DNA of 64,000 nt from NCBI GenBank assembly GCA_053919585.1, contig CM132791.1; one strand, 5' to 3'. Under the pieces are notes generated by a model that saw only the letters and a list, made by a program, of their open reading frames with translations, did not search any database and was not told the DNA's origin. This stretch comes from Euprymna scolopes (lineage: Eukaryota). Numbering within the stretch: position 1 is the first letter of the stretch; every line of letters starts with the position of its first letter. A program made the position numbers and the translations under genes. Shown here in pieces: positions 25,392 through 37,894 of this stretch.

Positions 25392-26406
25392 TAGCGAGTA
25401 AAATATAATATACAAAAATTGAAATTAAATAACTCATATTCATACAAATAATTTAAATCCTACCAGACCAAACCAAACAATAAAAGTGTCTAATGCGGAA
25501 AGATTGCTTTTTTGTTCAATCAATCTTAATAAAAAATTAAAGTGACGTTTTCGTCCAAAAATATTATCTTGAATTTATGTGTTAATACAATTTTTAAGAC
25601 TATAAGAAATAACAGGAAATGTTCAACTTCCTATGATAGAATAAAGCCTGTGTTCTACAATAAAATTCTTCTAATAGTCAGGTAATTGTGTTCAGGAAAA
25701 GTTTCATAACACCCAAGCAAATATAAAATGAAAGGAGTTTTATATATTCTAACGAACAAATAAAATTAAGACCATTACGCATAAATATAAAATACTGTTG
25801 GTACCTTCCGAGTTACAATAATGTCTTTGAAGTAAAGACATGACGTTTATTTTTTTGAAAAGTTAGGGAGTGAGCATAGAAGCCAACATACGAAAAAGAT
25901 TAATAAATTAAAATGCATAACAAATAAAGAAGAGCAGAGGCAGAACAGCTATATATTTCACCTACTTGGATATGGTTTGTGAGTTTTTAAATAAGTTACA
26001 GCCTTATTTGGGTTAACAAAATAACAAGATATAAAGCTTAACCGAGAAAAATTCCCGATGGGAACGCTAGATCAAGTCGTTCGCCTAAACAGAAAATCCA
26101 CTTATATATGAAGATAAACACTATAACGTCCTTTTAAACTAAACATTACGCACGTGTTCTTAACAGATTTGTTTATGCGATAGTCATAATTACCGGATCG
26201 CGAATGAATTTGACATGTTTCCATGCATATTTCCAAATAATTTAAAATCTAATTTCTAAATTAAATAAATAACAAAAATATGGAACCCATTTGGAGGATC
26301 ATGTTAGATTTATTGTGTTAGACGCGTTGCAGCAAAAATGCATGAATAGACCTATTCACGTGTGCATATAATTTACACAGATATAAACGAAAAATAAGAG
26401 TAAGAA

Positions 26407-26471
<65 letters not shown>

Positions 26472-26905
26472 GTGTATGATTATAGAAAAGAAAGTGGCAG
26501 GCGCTAAGTGTTCACGTTATGTTGAGACGATTGCCACTTTTAGATTAGTTGTCAATGCTTTAGTGATAATTTTCAACCCATGCCTTCTTTCATCTATTTC
26601 TATTTGCCCTTTACATTTCGATGTCAGTTTACACTTTCATGTTTCTTTATCATTCAAATAAATATTAAAAGTGACAATGTCATATGCATAAATATTTGAA
26701 CACAAATGACTCCAATGAATATATACACTTAAACGTTTTTTATAAACTCACGCACATGTACGTACACATACACACAAATACAAACACACTTATATAAATA
26801 TATATATATGTATATATATATGTATATATATATAGTAATGTATACATTTATTAAAAGGTGAAAGCTCAATATACGTTATAATAATAAGACCACACATACA
26901 CACAC

Positions 26906-26973
<68 letters not shown>

Positions 26974-26974
26974 A

Positions 26975-27383
26975 TATACTGGCATTTAATATTGGCGTTG
27001 CCCGGGTGTTTGGAGGTGTATGTTGAGCAAAAAATAAAGAAGCGGTCAATTTTTTAAACTTTAACCCCTATTATGACCCCTTAACATTAATTAACTGGGG
27101 CTCAAATAAAGTTATTAAGTTAGATCCATGTCTAAGAAACCTATATCTAAATTTTCAAGTGTTTGGACCCAAAATTGGTGGAGGAGTTTGGTAGATTTCT
27201 CAGAGTAAAATCGTTGAACCTTGACCCCTTAACAGCCAAATTTCTGGCTTTAAACGGATTACCGAAATTTGTCCAAATCTCAGGACCCTGTATATCAAAT
27301 TTCGAGTCTGTAAACTAAAAATTGATAGTTATTGCGTAGGGAAATGTACACACACATACACACACACAAAGACACGTTCACTT

Positions 27384-27400
<17 letters not shown>
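26975..27400 (+). mobile_element. Helentron/Helitron-type non-autonomous element (HINE/DINE-like)
   Basis: Starts in (TA)n with ggcgttgcccggg subterminal motif and ends with (CA)n/(TA)n; related copies at 33620 and 51190-51521. Confidence 0.55.
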
Positions 27401-27422
<22 letters not shown>

Positions 27423-27541
27423 ATAGAATAGAATAAAAATTTACAAGCCACATTTTTTTTCAATCTTTAAAAATTTCAATAAAACATTAAAGGCGGTGCC
27501 TTTTATAAGCAATTAAAATTTACATAATTACACACTACAAA

Positions 27542-28246
27542 TGTTAAAGAGCATCTCTCCTCTCTCTCTCTCTCTGGCTCTTTCATACTCTCTCTATTTT
27601 CTCTCTCTGTGTCTCTATTAGATAGTAGATCGAGAGAGAGAGGGAGAGGGTGGGAGGAGGTCAGAGAGATATTTTTGTAGTAAATCCACGTTGCAGGAAG
27701 TGACGTTTCATCTAACCGGATGTCATGTGATGCTACGTGGCAAGGTTGGTGAAACGTTGAGTCTCTCAGAAAATGCCAAGCCGAGCAGAAGTCTAAAATG
27801 GTTCTCTCCTAAGTAAGGGGGAGATGCGCGCCCCAGACGTGGGACGTGGTAGGTACCCACAGTGGAGACCATCGATGGCGACATCTGCAGATCATGCCTG
27901 GGAGAATAAAAGGTTGAAAACCCAACATCTGTCTTCATCTTGTGTATTCCGGCGAAAACAGCAAGAGAGCTCCACCCAGATGAAGACTCTCCCAGAGCAG
28001 CAAAACCAGGTATGAACTTCTATATATAAACACATACATCCACAAGTGTCCTAACCACCAGACAAACGGTTTAAGGGATTTTGGGTCCCGTTCTCTCGTC
28101 TCTTAACACTTGTAATATCTCTCTCTCATCGTCGTAAACTTTTTCTCTTCATTAGTAAAATGGACACGTCATCACCAGGGTACCAGTATCCTTCAAGTAA
28201 AGTGTCCAAAGTCCAAATCCGTTTCTTCTCCCTCCCTTATGTAACA
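27542..28246 (+). repeat. 5' LTR
   Basis: tgtta...taaca termini; about 3 visible differences from the 3' LTR; TATA-like tatatataaa at 28021. Confidence 0.95.
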
Positions 28247-28257
28247 TATCTGTTATT

Positions 28258-28303
28258 TGGTGCCGTGACCAGGATTCGAACCTGGGTTACCACGGCCATA
28301 ACG
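28258..28303 (+). promoter_or_regulatory. Primer-binding site complementary to tRNA-His(GUG), extended to 46 nt
   Basis: Reverse complement is cgttatggccgtggtaacccaggttcgaatcctggtcacggcaCCA, the 3' part of an invertebrate tRNA-His including CCA. Confidence 0.92.
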
Positions 28304-29801
28304 AGAAAAAGAGATAACGAGGAAAAATAAAGACAAGAAGAGAAATTGAGGAAAAAGGAGGGAGAAAAAAACGGAGAAGAGACAGTGGAATAAAAAAAGA
28401 AAGAATAGTGAAAATGAAGAGAAAAAGAGAATAAATGAAGAACAGTGAAAAACGGGTAGAGAGAGAGAAAGATAGAGAGAGAGAGGAAGGAAGAAGAAGG
28501 AAAAAAGATAGCAAAGGCATGAAGAATACCATACGCATTTAGAAGAAAATTAAACTCCAAAATTAAAAATACGCTGTAAGCTTTGAAAACGACTGAAAAA
28601 CAAAAGAGAAAAGAAAATTAATTTACCATATTAAAAATAAAAATAAAATTGAAAAACACAGAGAAAGAATTGAAGACACGGAGAAAGAAAAAAAACGTAT
28701 ATATATATTTAAATAGACAAGACAACACAAACGAACAATGTTGAAGCAAATGACATCGAGCTTGTCCACAGTTTATAAACCTGTCAGTCATTTGACATTG
28801 TTGAATTTAGCAAAGCGTTACAAAAATAAGGGACAGTGAACTTTTAAATGCATTCGGAATAGCAAGATGTCATTTTAGATTTGAAAAAAAGAAAAAAAAG
28901 AAAGAAGAAATTACACTATTGTCGAAAGTATTAGGTGATAAATAAAAATCAGGTTGGTGATGTGGCATCCCTCCGGATTAATTTTAAGTAAATTATAATT
29001 ATATGAATAGAATAGAAGCGGAACTTTTTAATTTAATTCTGTGGTTAATTGTAAAAGAATAATGATTTTTTTTTAGTTTCAGAAAACCCTTGAACTTTGC
29101 TTACGTGGACAATTTGATCTGTGATAATTTTGTTGAACTTTGCTGAAAGTTGTTAGTTATAAGTGAATTAATTAAGTATATATTAATTAAGTATTATTGA
29201 ATATTGTTAAGTATTGTTGAGTTGCCATGTGTATTTTTCTGTATTTCTTTTTCTGTACTTTTGTTATCTTGTATTTGTATAGCAGATGGGGGCATCGATG
29301 GTCTTGCCACGTGGTGTCAATGTAATTTAATTGTTTTAAAAATAAGATGATGACAGGATAGAGGTATATCAATTATCAATAATAATTTTTGAGATAACGG
29401 GATTATGCAAGGAAAACATAAATGAGAATTTTAAAATGGGATGATGTCGGAAGACAAAAGAATAAGGAATAAGGATTTTTTTATCGAAATACAGTAGTTG
29501 GACAGGCAGACGGTTTGCTGGATTATGAGTAATGAGGTCAGGAAGTCAGTCGGTATTTATCCTAGTTTCGAGGTGGTCATGTATACATATTTTTTTTTTG
29601 TTTGTTGTTTTGTTCTTGTAGTTTCGACAGAATTTTTTTGTTCCGGATGCGTAAGTCGGTGGAGGGCGATACAGAACGTCCTCGTAATAAATTAAAAAAA
29701 AAATCCATATTTTGGTAGGTGCTCAGGGAAGCACGAGATAGTTATAGAGAAATGGGCGATCTCTGTAACTAATATGGACAGTCGGAGGACATGTCCATTG
29801 T

Positions 29802-29882
29802 GTGTTGACCACACAAATGTAAATGGGGTAGAATAAATAAAGGTGTTGACCACACAAAGGTAAATGGGGTAGAATAAATAAA
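29802..29882 (+). repeat. 41-bp tandem duplication inside the LTR element
   Basis: gtgttgaccacacaaa(t/g)gtaaatggggtagaataaataaa x2. Confidence 0.9.
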
Positions 29883-30324
29883 ACCGACTTGATTACTCTT
29901 GGACCAATTAAGTATAGTCATAGAGGAGGTAAATTAATTAAGAACATTTGATGTGAAATGGTGAAGGTTTGGGATGGGATTTTTTGTTGTTGTTTTTGTG
30001 CTACCTAGGAGTAAAGAAGATTGTCCGTAAATCCTGAGATGTAAGTAGGAGGCAGATGGACCTCGATTTTGTGTTTTATTGTTGTTCGGCTAGGAGCCGT
30101 GAAATTATCGACCACGAGTAGTGTCGACTGGGAGCAAAGGATGCTCTGGAAGTCCCGAGATGGGTACGAAGAAGCCATGGGGGGCATAAAGGAGTTTGAC
30201 CTTGAAGAGCGCAGGGTAGCGCTACATGGCAATTTTATTGTTGTATTTATTTAATTTTGAGTTTATCGATTTATCGTAGGACAGTCTTCTTGCCAGCGGG
30301 TAGCGTATGTATTCCCTCCTTAGT

Positions 30325-30390
30325 TTAGTTAGTTAGTTATTAAAAATGTATGGCTTTGCCATACATTTTGATAAAAAAGGGATGGAGGAA
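30325..30390 (+). repeat. Internal copy of the hairpin+PPT block
   Basis: aaaatgtatggc-ttt-gccatacatttt then aaaaaagggatggaggaa; nearly the same as 32781-32845. Confidence 0.9.
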
Positions 30391-31635
30391 GAATTTTAGA
30401 AGTAAAATGTTACCCTATTGTGAATTAAAGGTACCAAATTTAAAAAAAAAAACATGCTGGGTGAATTTAATTGGTATTATTAAAATAAATTATTTTGGAA
30501 TAGATTTGGTTGGTTTAGTTATATTTTAGGGACGTTTAGCGCGTAGTTGCATTTTTTTCATGAGAATTACAAGGCGATTAGGCTGTAGAAAGCAGTTTTT
30601 CTGTTGTTTTATTTTTTTTATAAGCCACGGTATTGTCGCAAATTAGAAAATTTGGCAGGGGAAATACTATTTTAGAGTAATGAGTACCCTGTTAAAACAA
30701 TACTACTGGTTCCAGTGAGTTGGAAGATGCCACGTAGGCCCAAGCAACGGCAATAAGTCTTGTCCAACAAAAGTCTGGCGTGCGAGGTCGCGATAATTCC
30801 TCAGGGTACGGAGCGACTGGACAGTCGGTACCAAGCCTAATCACGGGGAGATAGAAGAAAGGGAAAGATGCAGATTACGTAAGGGACAAGATAGAGCCTT
30901 ATTATTTTTTAAATTTTTTTAGAGGAATGTGTGAGGGATATCTGGGTTGGCATCTTGGGACTTGCTGGGAATACGGAAAAATCACAAAGGGAAAGCTACT
31001 TAGTTAGAAATCGATGCGCAAGTAAGCTTTGGCGCTTTAGTTAGGGAGTGATGATTCCGTATCTTGTCGGGTTCCAGGAACTCAAACAGGCTCCGAGTGA
31101 ATCAGTGTGAAGGCGTATCTTGGCTTAGACCAACCAAGGGAGTTAGTAGAAGAGCTTTATGAAGTCCCAAAGTAGTAGATTGAATAGGACAAAGCTCCAA
31201 TAATAGGACCACTCAGAGAAAGACGTCAGGGCATTACAGTAGCAGTATCAGAATTTTTGTAGGAATTTTTGACACCCCTAACACGAAACTGCGAATACAA
31301 TATAAAAATCTCGTAATTTCTCTGTTAAAAGTGGGTTATTTATTTTCTTTATGGATTATACTTCCAAAATAAACTATTACAGTTGTTTTAAAAGTAATAA
31401 AAATATTTTTATTTTTTTTTAAAACAGTAATGAATTTTCCGAACTCAATATTTTTCAATTTTTAAACTCAATATTTTTAAATTTTAAAAATCTATAAAAA
31501 TTTTTCTATTGATTCTATTTTTACGATATTTTCAGGGTCAATGTGAAATTTTATGTTCTTTCCAATAAACCGAATATAATATTTTAGACAAACGTTTTTT
31601 TAAAATTCACGCCCCCCCATTTTCACGCCCCCCCC

Positions 31636-32270
31636 CATTTTGAAATGTCTATTAAAAAGTAAATAATTAATTTATGTTTAATAGGTTTATATATCACAAA
31701 TTGAAGAGAAAAGGTCAATAAATAATATATTCAAATTTAAAACAAAAAAAAAATCAGTTTTTTAGAAATTTACCTGTAAAGTCCGAAGTTTAAAACCTTA
31801 TTTTATAAGAACACATTTTTTCTTTTTGTCTTTTTTTTTTTTTTAATGAAACCTTGGTCCTTGCTCCTTTAATTGAAAAAAAATTAGGGCTTGAATTACA
31901 TTTTTCGAGGAGTTATAAGCTTAGAAAGATAGGGGGTCGAATAATTTACGCCTCTCATTTTGAAATGTCTATTAAAAAGTAAATAATTAATTTATGTTTA
32001 ATAGGTTTATATATCACAAATTGAAGAGAAAAGGTCAATAAATAATATATTCAAATTTAAAACAAAAAAAAAATCAGTTTTTTAGAAATTTACCTGTAAA
32101 GTCCGAAGTTTAAAACCTTTTAAAAAAAAAAAAAAAACATTGTTTTGTTTTGTTTTTTTTAAAAAATAAAACCTTGGTCCTTACTCCTTTAATTGAAAAA
32201 AAAAATTAGGGCTTGAATTACATTTTTCGAGGAGTTATAAGCTTGGAAAGATGGGGTGGAATTATTCACT
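31636..32270 (+). repeat. 320-bp tandem duplication inside the LTR element
   Basis: cattttgaaatgtctattaaaaagt... at 31636 and 31956. Confidence 0.9.
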
Positions 32271-32356
32271 ATTTTCACGAAATTTCTGACACTGCTAGCA
32301 TTACAGTAAAGGAAAAAAAACTGGGACTTAGGCCTATGCTGAAAGTCGAGAACGCG

Positions 32357-32429
32357 AGTGGGATGGTTGGGTCGGTAGAGTATCAGACTTTTAATCTGAG
32401 GGTCTGGGGTTCGAGTCCCCATGCGGTAA
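32357..32429 (+). pseudogene. tRNA-Lys(UUU)-derived sequence (pseudo-tRNA or SINE head)
   Basis: Perfect anticodon arm tcaga-cttttaa-tctga and T arm tgggg-ttcgagt-cccca; acceptor and D stems do not pair. Confidence 0.8.
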
Positions 32430-32827
32430 AGCTACCACCAACATGGAGCATCCGACGTTCTGGTCGTAATTGCGATATGCTGGCCCCATTTCGAAAAAGT
32501 GATCGAAAATGGAGTCTCCATTTGTTTGGCCAAGTGGTCCAAATAAAGAGCAGAGTCAGTGGAAAATATCCAACAATGCGACCGCCTAGACAAGATGTAT
32601 ATCTGCAAAGCTGTATCTTTGTCTAACTTGGAAGCAAGTTAATGTCGAGGAGGGACTTTCGAGAAGCAGCAGAAGGATTGATAGTGTTGTAGAAGAGTGC
32701 TGGTGCCTGATCTTTCTTGGAAAAGGGGTGAGTCCGGAAAGTGAAAGAATAAAGATGTACTTCGGACATAATTATTTTTTTTAGTTAGTTAGTTATTAAA
32801 AATGTATGGCTTGCCATACATTTTGAT

Positions 32828-32845
32828 AAAAAAGGGGTGGAGGAA
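32828..32845 (+). promoter_or_regulatory. Polypurine tract
   Basis: aaaaaaggggtggaggaa directly abuts the 3' LTR. Confidence 0.9.
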
Positions 32846-33555
32846 TGTTAAAGAGCATCTCTCCTCTCTCTCTCTCTCTCTCTGGCTCTTTCATACTCTC
32901 TCTATTTTCTCTCTCTGTGTCTCTATTAGATAGTAGATCGAGAGAGAGAGGGAGAGGGTGGGAGGAGGTCAGAGAGATATTTTTGTAGTAAATCCACGTT
33001 GCAGGAAGTGACGTTTCATCTAACCGGATGTCATGTGATGCTACGTGGCAAGGTTGGTGAAACGTTGAGTCTCTCAGAAAATGCCAAGCCGAGCAGAAGT
33101 CTAAAATGGTTCTCTCCTAAGTAAGGGGGGAGATGCGCGCCCCAGACGTGGGACGTGGTAGGTACCCACAGTGGAGACCATCGATGGCGACATCTGCAGA
33201 TCATGCCTGGGAGAATAAAAGGTTGAAAACCCAACATCTGTCTTCATCTTGTGTATTCCGGCGAAAACAGCAAGAGAGCTCCACCCAGATGAAGACTCTC
33301 CCAGAGCAGCAAAACCAGGTATGAACTTCTATATATAAACACATACATCCACAAGTGTCCTAACCACCAGACAAACGGTTTAAGGGATCTTGGGTCCCGT
33401 TCTCTCGTCTCTTAACACTTGTAATATCTCTCTCTCATCGTCGTAAACTTTTTCTCTTCATTAGTAAAATGGACACGTCATCACCAGGGTACCAGTATCC
33501 TTCAAGTAAAGTGTCCAAAGTCCAAATCCGTTTCTTCTCCCTCCCTTATGTAACA
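32846..33555 (+). repeat. 3' LTR
   Basis: Direct repeat of 27542-28246. Confidence 0.95.
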
Positions 33556-33619
33556 CAAACACAGTTACACACAGGCACAGGGTTGGCTCTTTCTCAACGT
33601 GCGAATACAAATACATACG

Positions 33620-34170
33620 CATATGCTAATATATGAGCTGCGGTTCCCGGCGTTGTCCGGGTGTTTGGAGATCTGTGACGAGCAAAAAAAAAAGTTGTGT
33701 AAGGGTGAAGGTGAAAAAGAACATGTAGGTGTGTGTAAGCGTTTTGGTTGAGCAAAAGAAAAAAATAAAGCACAAAAAAACAACATAGGAGTAGTAAGCA
33801 GGCTCGATCCCTTAACGCGCCAGAGAAAAAAAATTAGGTGCAAAAAAAAATGTTACCAATAAGCCTGGTTGTGACGTACGGGCAGTCGAAATATCGCCTT
33901 TTAAGCGACGTTGTGAACGCGAGGGTTGAATGATTGGCAAAAAATTTCAGCGAAAAAACAACCCTCTTTGTACAAAAGTGTCCAGGTGAGGGTGAAGGAG
34001 TTAATGTTTTTTAGCTAATTCTTCGGTATTTACCGTCTGAATGGCCGTCCTTTAAAATGATACCAAGCTCATAAATATCCGTCACTTCCCTCGAAAGTTT
34101 TTGCGCGACATACAAAAATACATACATACACACATTTATACATACATTTAACGAGACAGGTGAGATTTAA
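33620..34170 (+). mobile_element. Helentron/Helitron-type non-autonomous element
   Basis: cccggcgttgtccgggtgtttggag start shared with 26995; (CATA)n near the 3' end. Confidence 0.5.
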
Positions 34171-34202
34171 ATTATGGATAAATAATTGCAAAAAACTCAG
34201 GG

Positions 34203-36232
34203 TTTTATTTTACATGGAGTTCACCAATTATCAAGGCCCAATGGGCACTCAGGGATAAGGGTTATTGTGTGTACAGTAATCAAAGGGATAGTGTAGCAAT
34301 AGTATTGGAGAATTGTAAGGTGTCATTACTTAGGGGGTGGCGGTTCATCAGGAATTTGTTTGTTTTGGAGGTGAAGACATCCAGATTAAAGTCGGGAGGG
34401 AGACAGGCAAGCGGAACAGAGTTCCATAGGCGTGCAGTTCTAAGAAAGAAGCTTTGTTCATGGTATCTACGTTTTGATTTTGGCACAGATAGGAAGTAGG
34501 GAAAATTATTGACAGTGGTTTCAGCTAGTCGGGTGTTTTTTGAGAAAGATTGGCGAGGGGGGACCAGAGAATGGAGCTCAGACGAGCACCTGCCATGGAA
34601 ATAACGATAGAACAATGGCAAGCCGGCTACATCTCTTCTGTGGGAAAGAGGTTGCAGGGTAGAGAAAAGGGCATCCCCCACCAAGCCACGGAGTCTATTT
34701 TGTACTCCGTCAAGGCAGGATAGGCTGTTTTTTGCAGTCCCCGCCCAGATAGTGAAGCAGTACTCCATCTTTGGACGTACTTGGCTCTTGTATAGATAGA
34801 GAATTGCATCATTAGTGAGATATCTTCTGGAGCGGTAAAAGGATCCCACCATTTTCTCAGCGACCTTGGCCACAGACTTGATGTATGTGTTCCATTTAAG
34901 ATCAGGAGTAAAAGTCAAACAATAGAGCTTATCAAATCCTGGGGCCTCTCTTAGACGAGAGCCATTCATTTCAATTGATGCCAGATGGGGATCAGAGCGT
35001 TTATGATGTAGAGATAGGAGATTTGTCTTAGATGCATTAAAGTTAACCAACAACCTCTTTCCCCACTGCACCACGCGCTCAAGATCAGAGACGAGAGAAT
35101 CAGAGAGAACATCATCATTTAGGTCCTTTTATGTGTTGCCATAGATGGTCGTGTCATCAGCATAGATGTCAACGAAAGATTTTAGTATGTGTTTTGGGAG
35201 ATCATTGATGTAGATCAGGAAGATAGTTGGGCCCAGTATGGACCCTTGAGGGACTCCAGCATTAATAATGTGGGCCTCTGATTTCTGCCCATCAACCACT
35301 ACCCTTATGAGCCTATCTGAGAGAAATGACTTAATGATAGAGAAAACATTTCCAGTTATACCGTAGCTGGAAATCTTGTGTAGTAGGCCTTTATGCCAAA
35401 CCTTATCGAAGGTCTTTGATATGTCGAGAGCAATTGCCCTAGAAATGAAGTCTTTGTCGAGAGATTCGCTAATCCTATGACATATAACCGTTAGCACATC
35501 TGCTATAGATCTAGCAGAGCGGAAACCATATTGCGTGTCGCTAAGAAGTTTATTTCTGCTGGGGTGGTTGACTACTTCTCTATTTATTGTGGATTCCAGC
35601 AACTTACTCATGGCACACAGGAGACTTATTGATCTGTAATGAAAGAGGGATGACTTATGACCTTAAATACAGGGCATACTTATGAGGTTTTCCAGGGTGT
35701 TGGAAAGCAGTTCTCCTTAAGGGAACTTTACACAGTTTGGAAAGTATGGGGGCAAGTTCTGGTTGTAAATTTTTTAACACTATAATTGGAATACCGTCGG
35801 GACCAGTTGCTTTACTGAAGTCAAGGTTCTTGATTATCTATGCGAACTCCCGCACAGATATTTGTATGTTTCATAGCGTGCTGTCTGTTATAGGAGGGAA
35901 TATGGGGAGTTGATTGCCTTCGTCAAATATGGTAGAATTTGCCACAAAGTTTTTGGCAAATAGTTTGGCCTTGTCAGATGCTGTAGAGATGACCTCTGGT
36001 TCATTGATAATGGTTGGAATAGAGCGCACGTTTCTGTTTAAGATCCTATTTGCTATTTGGCAGAACTGGTGGGAACCAAGCCGCTGCTCAGCTAATTTGG
36101 ACTTAACGGATTGTGCATATAGCTCTCTTGCATTTTTTATTACTCTTTTACAGTGGTTGCTTACGGTTCTGAAAGCAGCTTTAGTTTCAGTGCATCTATT
36201 ACGTTGGTAGCTATGGAAAAAGTGATTTCTGT
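34203..36232 (-). mobile_element. 5'-truncated CR1/L2-group LINE, copy 1
   Basis: RT motifs QYGFRSARS, ALDISKTFDKVWH, GVPQGSILGP, IYADDTT; A-rich tail at about 34203. Confidence 0.93.
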
Positions 36233-37121
36233 GTACCCCTATTATTTATAAAAAATACTTTATATTAATGTTATGGGCGCATCTAACATAGGACGCATCC
36301 TTACTATATCTGTCCCCTACCACTGCCACCTTCGCCGAATTTTGTAAACACTTTGGTGACCTGCGCAAGTCTCACCTGTTTTTTCTTTCAGACTCATTTA
36401 TGACACGCATTTTATGTACTTTTATACTTTTCTATCTCCTCTTCTTAGTTTATCATATTTCCATTTTGTTTTCCCTTTTTTTTGTATTTTATCTCTTGTA
36501 ACAAGCAACTCTCTCTTGGAATTCCTAATCTCCTTTCCTTCCTTCTCTCTTTTTTAATCATAAATTATAATTAAATCTATTTAAATATACTTTTTCTTTC
36601 ACCTATTTTCTTGTTTTCCTCAATATTTTTCTTAAATGCCGTAAAGAAAAAGTGCATTGGATAATCATAGAGAAAAACTCATTTTATACCAAGATGTTAA
36701 TTAATAGGCAGTATCTGCCTTGATTTATAAAACTGAATAGGCATCATTCAAGAAAAGAAGTATATTACATAACATATTCAAATTATCTGTAAATCATAGC
36801 TTCATTTTATACAAAGACTCTGAAAACATCGTTTTCAAAATCGGCGCGGATGTTGGGGAGTTCATAGGAAATGAACTCANNNNNNNNNNNNNNNNNNNNN
36901 NNNNNNNNNNNNNNNNNNNNNNNNNNNNNNNNNNNNNNNNNNNNNNNNNNNNNNNNNNNNNNNNNNNNNNNNNNNNNNNNNNNNNNNNNNNNNNNNNNNN
37001 NNNNNNNNNNNNNNNNNNNNNNNNNNNNNNNNNNNNNNNNNNNNNNNNNNNNNNNNNNTGTATAAAAGGTCATCAATGCAGATATATGTATATGACTTTG
37101 CATATCCATATCAGCCGTAAC

Positions 37122-37185
37122 AAAATAGTGTAACGGTGAGAAGCGCTGATTATCACCAAGGTGGCTGAGTTTCAATCCTGGTTTG
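37122..37185 (+). mobile_element. Degenerate tRNA-derived SINE head
   Basis: tagtgtaacggt A-box-like and gagtttcaatcc B-box-like. Confidence 0.4.
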
Positions 37186-37462
37186 ATGTAGTCGCACTGA
37201 TAAGCTGTGATACAGCGAAACAGTACTGTATATGGATGACTATAAATGCTCTATCTTGGGTGTAGGATATAAGGAAACTAAATAACAAATTGCAACCAGC
37301 ATAAAAAGCAATAATCTTTGTGTAAACAAATCAAACTTAGAATTGAAACTCGGCCACCTAGGCGTTACATTATTTGACTGCTGCTGATATTGGTGTGCGA
37401 AATTATAATGATTTAACATTTCCAAACGCCTAAGCTCGATTTGTTTACACAAGGATTGTTGC

Positions 37463-37549
<87 letters not shown>

Positions 37550-37602
37550 GCTAGCAGTTCTGCCCGGCTTTGCTCGGGCCCTATGTACTATTCATAAGGT
37601 TA

Positions 37603-37657
<55 letters not shown>

Positions 37658-37763
37658 GTGTGAATATGTAAATGTATGCAAATATATAATGTTTTTCTGT
37701 ATAACAATCTACCTTAACTACCATAGAGAAAATGCAGACATTTTCACTTATATATATACACAC

Positions 37764-37818
<55 letters not shown>

Positions 37819-37894
37819 TAGATAGATAGATAGATAGATTGGATGCAATATATAGTTATGATTTATAAAGTATAAAAAAGACTCATGCACCACT

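Larger units (their letters stand above)
27542..33555 (+). mobile_element. Full-length non-coding (non-autonomous, LARD-like) LTR retrotransposon
   Basis: Near-identical TG...CA LTRs, CAAA target-site duplication (27538-27541 and 33556-33559), tRNA-His PBS and PPT; no gag/pol ORF. Confidence 0.93.

Noticed and set aside
27824-28015. 63-aa ORF repeated at 33133-33324
   Set aside because: It is identical only because it lies in both LTRs, and it has no recognisable motif.
27542-28246. LTR retrozyme (hammerhead within the LTR)
   Set aside because: No CTGANGA...GAAA core was found on either strand; cagatgaagactct...caaaac is only superficially similar.
28258-28303. tRNA-His gene on the minus strand
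   Set aside because: The 5' part is missing, CCA is encoded and the position is that of a PBS.
32357-32429. Functional tRNA-Lys gene
   Set aside because: Acceptor and D stems cannot pair, and no oligo-T terminator follows.
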